NCBI GenBank assembly: GCA_003693705.1
Contig: RBZT01000817.1
Location: 1 to 46,221 of the forward strand
DNA: 46,221 nucleotides
Direction of reading: 5' to 3'
From: Polymyxa betae A26-41
Lineage: Eukaryota; Protista; Endomyxa: Phytomyxea
How positions within the stretch are numbered: the stretch's first letter is position 1; every line of letters begins with the position of its first letter. The notes beneath the pieces were generated by a model, which ran no database searches, was not told the origin of the DNA, and worked only from the letters and a program-made list of their open reading frames with translations. A program made the translations under genes and the position numbers. Shown in pieces: positions 13,264 through 24,722 of this stretch.

Positions 13264-14140
13264 TTCCGAAGTCATTGTCATTTTGAAACCACAATATTTA
13301 TATCCTCTCTCTACAATATGTTTCTGTTTACTCACTATATCTCTATTCGGATTGTCGTTGTTTTCTTCTGCGAGGGCAGCCTGCGACCAAACGGGTATTC
13401 TCTAAAGCCTTTGCTAGATCGCGATCATGTCGTCGGAATCTTGATATCATGCTGCTGACATGCGAGCTGAGCATCGAAGTGAGGGATATCATGTCTTCAT
13501 TGCCGCGATTATCACCCCGAGACAACAATCGACGTCGAATATGATCGTCGACTAGATCATTCCTTAGTATATTGCCCACTGTGATATGTTGTCAGTAATT
13601 GATGTTTTTCGATAGCCTTCTGGGCACCTGAAGTCTTGTGAGGCTCATTGATGCGTTTTGCCTTACATCGAGGACATGATGCGATTCGAGCATTGTCAAA
13701 TTCGATCAGCTCGGTCAGCTTTCTTCGAATTGACTCTGGCGTTGAAACTACCGATCTGTTTGAGGCCGGACAAACGGTCCAGTATTGCCCCTGTAAGCGT
13801 AAACCCATTGATTGCAACAAGATGATATTTGTGACCGTACTGGGAGATCCAATAATAGATCTATCGTCAACATTGCCTCTTCCAAAAGCGCTCGTTCTCA
13901 GACTTTTGGGATCCGTGATATTTAAAGCTATCTTACATTAGTCTACCTGCTTAGTTTGCTATAGTTCTAACCAGCTCTTTCTAAATCGCATTTTTGTTTA
14001 TTATTCACAAAAATTGACTTCTGCGCTCTACATTCCTGGGCGCCCCAGGGGCGTCAAAAACCAGCGTTTTCATCAAATTTATAGTTTCCAGTTCAATACG
14101 ATTCCGCTTCCACTTGTTTTATGTGAATGGGGGGATCTAC

Positions 14141-14161
14141 AGGGTTTAGGGTTTAGGGTTT
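14141..14161 (+). promoter_or_regulatory. Interstitial telomere-like repeat (AGGGTTT)x3, telo-box-like
   Basis: Three perfect AGGGTTT units about 43 bp upstream of the ATG at 14204. Confidence 0.55.
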
Positions 14162-14203
14162 CTGCATTGCGCAAAAGTCCGGTCTTATAGAGGACGGCTG
14201 TTG

Positions 14204-15024
14204 ATGTCGTTGGCTGATGTTGATGAAAGGATCGGGGCCGAGGTCCCGACCAGGCGTCTCCTGTACATCGGCAACCTTTCAGTTGAGATGACTGAGGATC
14301 TTATCCGCAACGCCTTCATTGTCTTCGGCGATCTTGTCGCTGTGTGAGTGCTTACACGCGATCATGTCTTTCTTAGTTCCTTCTTTTTATTTTTTTTTGG
14401 CAAAATCGTGTCTTCTTAGAGGTTTTTGTATCGAGAACTTCCGGTTTTATATGTGATGCATTCCGAAACTTCAGCGAACTTGTAATTTTCACTTTACAGC
14501 ATTTTATTTGGATTTCGCTCTGCAAGTCTCTCGATATGGCTTTTCAAGAAGAAAAATTATTATTTGTTTCGCCTGCAACCTCTAACTGGAACTGCTCAGA
14601 AATCTTCCCGAAGTCCCAGCTCAACATACCGTTGATAAAACTCGGCGATTTGCTTTCGTCGAATATGATGACCCTGTCGATGCTCTCCATGCCAAAGAGA
14701 ATATGCATGAATCTGAGCTTGGAGGCAGGATTATCATTGTCAAATACGCTGATGAACGACGTAATCGTGAAAAGGCTCGCGCTGGTATCCTTCCACGAAA
14801 CACCTTCAATGTTCTTTCTCATTTGATTGTCATTGCTTCTCTTTGTTTCCTATTTCCATTTGCAGTTCTTCTTTGAATATTTTGCAAAGTTTTTGTCACA
14901 TGCTGATTGATTTCTCGTAGTCTGGGCACAGCTGCCTCCGGAAGAAGAGGAGGCTGAAGGAGAGGGCGAGACTGATGTTGATGTTCAACAAGCGATTGCG
15001 GTTCAGGAGAATCCCGAGATCTGA
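14204..15024 (+). CDS. Stand-alone RRM protein homologous to the PPIE/Cyp33 N-terminal RRM (3 exons; missed by the ORF track)
   Basis: Spliced product: MSLADVDERIGAEVPTRRLLYIGNLSVEMTEDLIRNAFIVFGDLVAVNLPEVPAQHTVDKTRRFAFVEYDDPVDALHAKENMHESELGGRIIIVKYADERRNREKARAVWAQLPPEEEE...NPEI*. Contains RNP2, RNP1 and the Cyp33-type AFI.FGD, NM.ESEL.GR and VW motifs. Confidence 0.88.
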
Positions 15025-16259
15025 TCATGCATTCTGTTCACAACACGAACCCCATCTCTTTTATTTAACAATGGACAGTTTGCTTCTATGGCGTAGCTTA
15101 TTTGATCCATGGCTAGTCTGCGTTTTTGAATCAGATTTGTCAGATCGCCTTTTGCGAAGGAATCTCATCGAAATTCTGGTTTGACCCATAAACTCGATGT
15201 TCGCTTTCGTCAACAATACAGGAACTTAGATGACGTACAGGAAGGCGCAGAAAAACGTCGATTTGCACGATTCGGCGTTTGCTCTGTATCGATATGAGCA
15301 GCCATGACCAAACGTAGCCCGGGCTCTTCTATGGGTACGATCTAAAAGCAGCTTCTCTGTGAGGCGGTGATATGAGCAGATGCCATCACGGCGGATGCTT
15401 CGAGACTCCTCGTGTTCTCAGTATGCTGTATCTTCATTAGTAATGCCATCGACCAGATCTGTAACGAACGATCGCACAGGCAAGAAAACGGCCACTGCGA
15501 GCAACGGCAGCGGATTCAAATCCGTCGACAGCCCTGATTTAAAACTTGTTAATTTTATCTTTTGTTTTCTGTTTCTTCACTAGGCAATGTTTGCTGCGAA
15601 CATTACTAGAAAGCCAGTCTGCATATTGTAAAATCGCGCATCCAATAGTACGATTCCTATGAGTAAATAACCATTTCGATGACTCGCCACTTTCATAATG
15701 TTATTGCAATTGCATCCAAGAAAAGTGTCTCCGCCAAGAAATACTGGATGGAAACCAATGCCATTTTTCAAGAAAGACTCGACTGGCCTTTGCAAGCTGC
15801 AAGTTGATAGGTAGAGGTACAAAAGATAGTGAGAAACAACGAATAAACCTAATAAGCAGTTATCCGGTTCCAATCCACTTCTCATGCTCAAACGTATCGC
15901 TATTAGATCAGTAACGACGACTGCATATAAGAAGCTCTGTAATTCGGCCCAAAATCGGTCTATGGGCTAAAATGGTCTAAATTCCGTTGCTCTGTTTTTC
16001 CAAGATTTAAACTTGGTCTAAAAAATCAATCGGACGGACATAAAGTTTCACGATGCATTGAGATAGTATAGATAACGGGTCAATAGGGAGGCTCAATTGT
16101 TGGGTTGAATAAGATGAGGAAACATTTCCCGCAGAAGACGAGCTCCTGGTGACATATCATGCAGAGAGAATGAAGTGTTCGGTACATTCGAGGATGGGTC
16201 GCTGTCACCAATGCTCTCTACAGTTCAGCAATTAACACCGAGAACAAGGGCGATCAATC

Positions 16260-18149
16260 TCACGGACCTTGCGACAAGTTTAGATCGGCGATCAATTTGA
16301 TGACATCGACGTCTGTTGAGGAAACCGCGAGGTGCTGGACGATGCTGGGAGCTGTAAAGAACAGGGCGCGGCCGAGGCAACTCAGGAGAGAGGAAACGAA
16401 GTAATTGGAGGATTTCCGAATGTTGATGAATTCCGGGTCGTGAAGGAACGCCAGCACGGCCAGGTCATTGACGTTCTCAAAGCCGAATCGCTCCGGGTCG
16501 TGACCGATTACGTCTCCGTAGAAGAGGCGCTTGCTGGGTGCCGCCGGTGAGAATACGAATGACGAGACGCGTTGCAATAGCGACAACGATGAGGGCAAAC
16601 CACGCTTCACAACCTGGAAGATGTCGGCGAGCGTTTTGTTCTCGCAGCGGATCACGATAGCGATGAAATGAGCAACAACACCGACAGAACTGAAACGTGG
16701 TTCTGCTTTCGCAAATGATAGAAGATTCTTGACAAGGCGATGAGGATCGGGTGAAGTGGAAATCGTAACTCCGTGCTTTCCTAAATGGCTAACAACAATG
16801 TAAGCCGAGTCTGAAACAGATACACGCAGAATAAAAAATTTCTGTAAATAAAAAAGAACAAAAAAACAAGAAAAACGATAAAAGCTTGATAAAAGCAATT
16901 TCTGAGAAACTTGACAATCAGAGAGTCTCAGAATAGTCAGCTGACGACTCACTATTGGAAAATGAAACGCCACAGATGTAACATTTCAACGGGACTGGCA
17001 TCAGAAACATGACCCAGTGGCGTACTGGCCCACTCATCGTTACTAGAGTACTGACGGATGATATGGGACGATAGCCGAGCTACGACCTGGTTGATATCGA
17101 GCGAACATGTCGGCTGCCGATGATCGATCAACCTGCATCAGTTCATGTTACAAATGTATCAGGATCAACGTTACACCGCACCATTGCGGGAATACGTCTC
17201 TATACAGCCATCTGACAAGCGATCCATTTACATCAATTCTTTTCTTGATAATCAATTCGATGGTGTCATTTGAAAGCCTAACAAAAAATCAATGTCAGAG
17301 TCCCATCTGTAACATTAACGACACAGGAGAAACGTTTCCCGTTTTGCGTTACCATTTTCCATGCGAAAACAGCAATTGAACAGCAAATTGACTCGGGAAG
17401 GTAAGACCAGGCACGCTGTAACATTATCCGAGTCAGATGTAACGTAGCCACAAGTGAGATCAATTCCCCGAACCGGATCAAGTTCAAGATCAGTTGACGC
17501 TGTCCGGAGTCGTCCGGATTGGAGAGAGATCCGGGAGGCAGGCTGCGCAATGTCTGATTAAAGTCCCACTCGAATCTGAAGAAAGCTGATTGATGGGCGA
17601 TGGTCATTGCCAGTAGTAACGAATCACAGTCATGTGGTGTTACAGTCCAGGAGGCCGGCACACAGTGTATCATGGCCCGCAGGAACTCCCGGATTCGTTC
17701 AGCGTTCACGTCATGTCTGTTCTGCAGGTAACAACGCATAGCACGTAACAGCCAGCGTGTAACAGAATGTTCCTGTTTATGATACGGATCCCATATCGGT
17801 AACATTCCCAGCTGTCCGTATATGCTGGAATCCTGACAGACAAGTCCGAAATGCTCATCCAGCTGCTGACAGCGCTGGGCGACTTCTTCAGTGAAACGTT
17901 GCTCCCGCTCTTCCGGTAGCGGATCATCCGGACGCCTGAATGGAACAATAAACCCGCATTCGATTAGATACCGTGAGACAGTATCACCGTCCGCGGATCG
18001 ATAACGTCGTTAACAGCAGCGCGTCCGAGAGCGTGGAAGGGAGGGGCTGCGCGACGTCGCAGGATGAAGCCTGCCGCGTCAACAGCAGGGAGCGGCCCTC
18101 CCAGCAATAGCGCCAGTACGACCAGTAGCAGTTGTAGGACCCAGACCAT
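16260..18149 (-). pseudogene. Disrupted gene for a secreted hypothetical protein (effector-like)
   Basis: Signal peptide MVWVLQLLLVVLALLLGGPLPAVDA, then consecutive ORFs (17706-17948, 17278-17805, 16260-~16810) separated by stops and frameshifts. One GTGAGT..CAG intron near 16812-16952. Confidence 0.6.
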
Positions 18150-18759
18150 GATCTGGTGACTATGACAATTGACAATCACTGAGATGCGCGGCCGATCTTG
18201 CGCAGTTCGTCGCAGGCCGAAACTCAGCGAGATCAGCGAGTCGTCAACCTTTCTAGCTAAGTCGATAAGTTCGCTTTAAGGTGGAAATAGATTGGAGAAA
18301 GTATCTGGAAGAGGATAGGAGAGATCACCCAAATCATTATATAGGAGCCAGAAGGGCTTTGTTGGCACAAGGTCAGACGGGTGAGGAGGAAAATAACAAC
18401 ATTTTGAAATGCCGTAGTCGGCCTGCGACGGACTGCGCAAATGTCAATGATTGGACCGAACCCCTTCCATTGTCATTCGTCAAGATCATGGGTCTGGGTC
18501 CTACAACTGCTTCTGGTCGTATCATTCAATGATGAAAAAGATCAGATCCTTATCATGCAATTAAACGCAAAGTATTGATTTGATCGTGTATAATCTATAT
18601 CCGGCTCAAACCTGATCCGTCTTGCACAGATAAGCTGTAAGCAGCTACATGGCTCTGCACGATATATAGCCTATCTAGGGTAACCATCATGATTATGGGG
18701 AGCACATAGTTGAATATTTGTCGTGGAGAAGGCCCAGGGCGTTTGTTCGATCATTTTAC

Positions 18760-19132
18760 CAGGGATTCCGAATAAATAAGTCCAGGTCGGAATCCGCACC
18801 AAAATGACAAGGAATAAATTTCAACAAAAATTATTCCTTTGGGGAATAATTCCGGAATAATTCCTCAATTTATTCCTATTTTAATATTTAAATGGAAGCT
18901 CCGGTATAAATAGGTCGATATCCCAAAGGTGGCGATTAGGGTAGAAAACTGCGGCACGGCCTCCGCTACCCATTTGGATTCACCAGATGATTCCGGAACT
19001 AATTCCGGAATAATTTATTCTCATCTGCAAAAAAAAGGAATAATTTATTCTACTGAGCTGAAGCAAGGGAATAATTTATTCTTGGGAGCTGCGAGGGGGA
19101 TTAAAGAAGGAATAATTATTCCGAAATCCCTG
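18760..19132. mobile_element. 373-bp non-autonomous hAT element (MITE)
   Basis: Termini CAGGGATTCCGAATAA ... TTATTCCGAAATCCCTG. Perfect 8-bp TSD CATTTTAC at 18752-18759 and 19133-19140. Many subterminal GGAATAA/TTATTCC motifs. Confidence 0.92.
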
Positions 19133-19199
19133 CATTTTACTCTTCGAAACTGAGGCTTAAGATGCGATGGACGTTGTTCATGGGATCCATTTCGGAAAC

Positions 19200-19860
19200 A
19201 ACGAAAACAATAAACGAATTTTCAATTCAGCGCTGTTCATATTCGAGGGGACACCATGCAAACACTTTAAGGCGCTCTGAATTGCAAATATTCAGTTTCA
19301 CAACATGAGGCGGCGACTCTATCTTGTACTGACTTTTCTGAATTACTCTCTGCGAGCTATTACATCAAAGATCAGCGCCACTCCTTGGTAATATCTACGA
19401 TGGGCTCAGGGGGTCGTTATACAGTGCACACTCATAAGCAGAGTCATCATCTTCACTATCATCATCACTCAAACGATCAAGGCAACTAGATGGACGCTGT
19501 CCAGTCCATTCCCAAACAAACAGGTGATCTTGGTGAGCATGGGCTCACCCTCTCAGAGCAGAAATCGTCAATGTAGGGAACTCCCTATCAAATAGCTGCA
19601 TGCATCTTATTTGTGCAACCCGGTTACAGAAGTAGCAGACTCGATTCGAGAATGTAAAAAGCTGTCTAGTATGGGCCCTGGGTTCTTGTAAGAAGCCATG
19701 CTCGTGAATACGAACAGTACAGCACGCCTGGTATAGCTGGACACCGATCCGAGGAAGGACTGTCGGGTCGACGACGACGGAAAACACCGTCGTCGTCTTC
19801 GCCGCTCTCCTACCGATAATGGCAATTGGCGCAAAATCCGTAAAGGCTACAGAGCACGTT
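19200..19860 (-). pseudogene. Possible decayed BTB/POZ gene
   Basis: Fragments LSVGERR..FP...RQSFLGSVSSY and LDSVHLVALIV resemble the BTB start and helix of the intact gene at 44011-44877. Many stops. Confidence 0.3.
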
Positions 19861-20067
19861 TCAAGATTCTACTGATTTATTGTCGTTGATCTTGTAGAGG
19901 CATGGTGGAGACGCAATGACAATGAATCTGAATCTCTCGATTAAACAAGCAAGCGATTTAATTAGCTGCATCCGTCCTTTTGCTGTCATTGTTTTTAGGG
20001 GAGCGGGCTAGTACGGCGGATCGCCCGAATGTTGCAACAACGTCCTTAATTTACAACATGAATTCAT

Positions 20068-21144
20068 TCAGTAAATTCTTTGAAACCATCGGAAAGGCGT
20101 CTCGAACTTTTTTTCAGAATTAAGAAGCAACTCATTTATGGCTTCTTTGGGAGGCGCCTCTGATAGAAGCTCAAACTGGAACGGATGCACAAGTCGTAGC
20201 CTGGGTAAGAGAATCTCTCTACAGACCCTCCTGTGACAGCTAAAGAACTCGGGATCTGGCAGATTGCAGGACGAGAAGTTCGAAAAGGTACTGAGACAAG
20301 TCCGGCACTTTCTGGTCTCCCTCATCACCAAATGCCGCAGACTGACAATCCGAAACAGATAGGCCTGAATTCCGGCCTCACATTGCCACAATCTGGGCAG
20401 AAAATCATCTGAAAAGGATTCTACAAGTTTTGCTTTTACTTACAGCAAATTCGCTGGAAAATCCGATTGATCGACCGCCCAATCGAGCAGCTGACGAGCT
20501 CTGCGCAAGCAGAGACGATGTTCAAGGACGATTTGCAGCAGCATAAAGCTCGCCGGGCAGGACTCGGCATCTTTCAGGCATTGCTGACGGAATCCGGAGC
20601 ACAGATATCGATCGCTGAGATGCAGAATCCGTCCCAGCGTGGCCTCGTCGTGCTGCCTCACGATCTGCGGGTGCATCCAGTCTAGAAGCAGTTCGAATCT
20701 ATCCGGATCTTCATCACGAATATCGACTGTTTGAATTCCATTCAAAAACGAGCTGTTTTCCGCCCACTGATTTTGGAACATCGCTTTGAAAAAATCCGAG
20801 GAGATCGATAACATGTTCTTATGAACACGACATTGTAGAGAAGGCTGAGAATCGTCGGCTGCATGGACCGTGATGATTATATCGCCATCATCGTGCCAAT
20901 GCCGGCTCAAGGTACTCATATTCGGGCCACAGCTCGGATCGTCTTGCAGCATTCTGAAACCTTTGAAAGAAAAGTGACCGCGCTGGTTCAAGATCGGCGA
21001 ATTCATCCGGCTCAGAACGTCTGTTTGCATCCAATCAAACCGTGAGTGGTGACAACCTATCGAAGAACAAATTCGTTCTTGTTGCTTTCTGTCTATCTCG
21101 TCATCGCTGTCGGAAGTCAACTCGCTTGTAAACCACCTTGTCAC
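20068..21144 (-). CDS. BTB/POZ domain protein (2 exons; start uncertain, first ATG at 21030)
   Basis: DIIITV...CRVHKNMLSISSDFFKAMFQNQWAE...VDIRDEDPDRFELLLDWMHP...ILHLSDRYLC. A 51-nt GTAAGT..CAG intron (20393-20443) removes the apparent stop and joins ORF 20068-20391 in frame. Confidence 0.82.
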
Positions 21145-21439
21145 TGGAAGAAACCCCAGCGAAGGGTGGCTCCATAATCGTGATTCTGCTTCTTTTCACG
21201 AGATGGCCGATCTCCGATTGACAGTCTCCACCCATGTTATTAGATGGGATTGCCTTTTTTTACTATCTGTCGAATCGACAGCTTAACTATACAGGAATCA
21301 CGATTTTTAAACTTGGTTTTTGCATAGTTTCCAATTTCCGTTGAAATAAGAAGAGGCGTCCGGGAAGCGAGCATATGAATTCTAGCGCATGTTTTCAAAA
21401 GATACGATGAACTTCCGCTCGTCCGTAAAGCCCCTCTAA

Positions 21440-22405
21440 TAAAAAGATACGTTGTTCGTCCTGGCTGCGCTCTTCGGAGTCCGCCGCTCGTATTGTTTCA
21501 TCTCCCATGTCTGGGCTGCTGCTGCTGTTGTCTGACGATGGCTGGCAACGCTGACGAGTTTATCGCAGGTGTCTGATTTTGACGATAGCGAAGTGCAGTT
21601 GTTCAAATTTTATCGTGTATTTTGGCGTCTGACTTGTAATAAATAGGAATAGAAAACATCTGCAGATTTAGAAAGCAGCGGTTTTATTTACATTTACAGA
21701 AGTCGAAGAGGTGCCTGAGGTGGATTTTGTAGGGTTTCACGAGTCCCTCCAGCGAATCGGGAAGGATTGGAGCAGCCAGGTTCGATACCAGACGCTGTTC
21801 AAATCGACGCAATTGTTATCAGCTTGAGGCATGTTGCAAGCCTAATAGGTTTCCTCGCTGATGCTCGCCATTCCAGTGAATTCAGGACTTCACGATGGAT
21901 GGGAGCTACCATACGGATTCCCACGGGCGGCTGCGCATCCCATTCAATGATGAGATTAATCCACTATTTGGGAACAGCTGCTGGAAATTACAGACAGCTT
22001 CATGATTTCTCTAAAGCACATAATACTGAGTTCTATTTACAATTGGCGAAAAGTGCAGGAACGCTTCTAGACGGCGCACAATTCAGAGACAGTTGTTTGA
22101 AGTTATGACCAGCAGCGGAAGTTGCCTTTTCGTCTTCTATCCATTTCTTTATCATCAACAGCCCCATGATGGATATTTTTGAGCGATCATTCAATTTTCA
22201 TCATGATTTTTGTGAGATGTGAACCCGGCGCAACTCTTTCACACATTCATTGAGCAGATATGTCCAAAGATCCCATTTGCGCAATGGCAGCCGAGGATAT
22301 TGAAGAGACAGCAACCAAAATCACTGAAAAAATCAAGGATTTGGTGGTTCCCACATTCCCACACTCTAGAAGGGATGATGGAATAGAAACTACATTATTG
22401 TAGCC
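21440..22405 (+). pseudogene. Degenerate hypothetical gene
   Basis: Coding-like fragments (MAGNADEFIA|EVEEVPEVDFVGFHESLQRIG; ORF 21767-22108; DPICAMAAEDIEETATKITEKIKDL) with an intron-like gap, frameshifts and stops. Confidence 0.3.
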
Positions 22406-22406
22406 A

Positions 22407-22493
22407 GCCCGCGTAGCTCAATCGGTAGAGCGTGGGACTCTTACAGATGTAGGGTTCATCCCAAGGCTGCGGGTTCGAGCCCCGCCGTGGGTT
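22407..22493 (+). tRNA. tRNA-Lys (CTT) with 14-nt intron (22444-22457)
   Basis: GCCCGCG-TAGCTCAATCGGTAGAGC-G-TGGGA-CT-CTT-A-[CAGATGTAGGGTTC]-A-TCCCA...GCGGG-TTCGAGC-CCCGC-CGTGGGT, then an oligo-T terminator. Confidence 0.93.
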
Positions 22494-22580
22494 AATTTTT
22501 TTTTCGATGGAATGATAAAATCGTAGCGTTCTTAAACAGGAATGGATTGGATCGGACTCCACTATTTGTTACTACCTTTC

Positions 22581-22628
22581 GGCAGAGTGGCGGCGTGCGG
22601 GGCCTAAACCGAGATCCAGGTTCTGCTT
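22581..22628 (+). pseudogene. Deleted relic of initiator tRNA-Met
   Basis: GGCAGAGTGGCG-GCGTGCGGGGCC-TAA-ACC-GAGATCCAGG-TTCTGCT is collinear with the canonical eukaryotic tRNAi (AGCAGAGTGGCGCAGCGGAAGCGTGCTGGGCCCATAACCCAGAGGTC...CTCTGCTA). Parts of the D loop, anticodon and T arm are missing. Confidence 0.55.
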
Positions 22629-22764
22629 TATATTTTCGGAGATAAATCAGCCCATAAATCATAATCGAATTTCAGCCCTTCAGAGGGCTTAGGGACTTTG
22701 ACAATGAAGGCAGCCACCTGTCGCACCAATCCTACAGAGAACCCTTCAAGAGGCTGTCGATATT

Positions 22765-22796
22765 CCCTGCTGTATATCTCCCCTGCTGTATATCTC
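22765..22796. repeat. 16-bp perfect tandem duplication
   Basis: CCCTGCTGTATATCTC x2. Confidence 0.8.
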
Positions 22797-22941
22797 ACAT
22801 CCAGCTATCTTTGCTTTGCGAAAAAAAATTCCCATTATTTTGCTATGTGTCCATCATGTTTTCATGATCTGAGATAAGCTCACCAGAAGCACTATTTAAA
22901 TCATACTGTTCTGCGGCAAAAAATGCCTGATAATAAAGAAC

Positions 22942-23013
22942 AGGAGCCACTGGGATTTGAACCCAGGACCTGAGGATCTGCAATCCTCCGCTCTGCCACT
23001 GAGCTATAACGCC
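22942..23013 (-). tRNA. tRNA-Cys (GCA)
   Basis: GGCGTTA-TAGCTCAGTGGCAGAGC-G-GAGGA-TT-GCA-GA-TCCTC-AGGTC-CTGGG-TTCAAAT-CCCAG-TGGCTCC-T. One C:U mismatch in the acceptor stem. Confidence 0.88.
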
Positions 23014-24298
23014 TTTATACCGATTCCCGTTCTATTTGAGAACAGATACACATGTAGGCCAGATTATTTGAGGATTCAGCATTAATGCCGTATCAATTCA
23101 GTGTGGTTGCCATAAAAATCTTCTAGATAGTGTTCATTGCTATTCAGATAACGTTTTAGTGCTGTCTGCTGAAAATGAATCACTTGGTTTCGTCCAGCAC
23201 AAGGTAGCCTCCTGTTAGGCAAAGAGTACTATCATCGTATGTGATTACAGGAAACCTGAATGGCATGTCCGATTAAAGCATTCCGATGAGCAGCTATTCA
23301 ATCGGCGCATAATGAAACTACCCAGTTTAATGACTATAATTACAAAATTACCAAGACTCTGTCATCATTATTTCTTCATCAAAATCAAGCTGGCCCGAGT
23401 GAGCCCATGGAATGCTCCGAAGTCTAGATATAAAAGCTCCTGAAGATACTGAAGATAAGATTCCCGAATACTTTTGGCTTTGCGCCATGGAGATGGCGCC
23501 GCCTGTTGACAAAAGATCAGCAAACTAACTAAGTCCAATTTGACAGGTCGTCGCAAGCAACAATTTCAATATGGCGGCTGTTTCTGTCGCGAATGCACAG
23601 GTGATGGCAACCCGAAGATGTATTTTTTCGTCAACATCCTGAATGATCACTGTGAATCAGCAGATTATGTTTCCATCGCATCACACTTGATGATAATGTT
23701 ACATTATTTGTCTGCCTATTCATCTTAATCCTTTGCAAACGTCATTGATGACGATGGTATGCCACTCTCTTGTCCCTCTAACCCGAAATAAATATCAATT
23801 TCCATCCTCTATTAAGCACTCTCATTATCTCCAGGATCCTTCATACGACAAGAGGCGGCTCTCAACGATCCTATCGCCAATGCTTATGCCGATATCTCGA
23901 ACATCGGCAGCACCACAGTCATCAAGTGCCTTGTGCCCAACTCCAGACGTACTACCCCGGGAACCTTTTCTTCTTTCAGAAATGGGTGGATTTGAATACG
24001 ATAAGCGCAGAAATCCATCCACAACCGATCGGAGTGTCATCATACCGCCCCGAGAGCGCAAAATGTATTGAAATCGAAAGACTCTGGTTATTTCGGATAA
24101 TGAAGGGATGTCTCGATCTGATGATGAGAAGATCGAGGTAGTCTGGGAACAGTACCAACGAAATCGATATTAAGAAATAGCTGACTTTACAATCGAACAG
24201 TTTCCTGCCCTCGTTATTCGCCTTGCTATACTGTTACAAATATGACAAATGGGACAACCCGGGGGTCAACCGCCAACACATTCTCGTGTCCTAGAGCT

Positions 24299-24371
24299 GC
24301 CGACATAGCTCAGTTGGGAGAGCGTACGACTGAAGATCGTAAGGTCGCGTGTTCGATCCACGCTGGTGGCA
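24299..24371 (+). tRNA. tRNA-Phe (GAA)
   Basis: GCCGACA-TAGCTCAGTTGGGAGAGC-G-TACGA-CT-GAA-GA-TCGTA-AGGTC-GCGTG-TTCGATC-CACGC-TGGTGGC-A, with T5 downstream. Confidence 0.93.
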
Positions 24372-24722
24372 TTGCTTTTTGTGATAAAACATTGTATTTT
24401 TTCTCACACGGAGTGGTCGCACGGGTGCTTCAGGCTCACATTCATGGTCGCTGTTGTTATTGATTATTTCTAATAAATCATTCCCAAGGCTTTACCGCTG
24501 TCGCAGGTATTGCATTATGCTCATTACAGTAGTGCCGTTAGCAATAGATGCTTTTGCGTAGGTGACATCGCATGTGAAAACTTTCGTCTTCGAATGAATT
24601 TCGTTTTGCAGATTCTACAGACAGGACCACCTTGATTTCACAGCCGACATCTTGTGAAGCAATCGGCGGAAAATTAAAGTACAAAACGGAAAATAAATCT
24701 AGGACTCAAATGCGAATGTATT

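Noticed and set aside
13343-13941. Short ORFs downstream of XPO4
   Set aside because: No convincing start, domain or splice structure.
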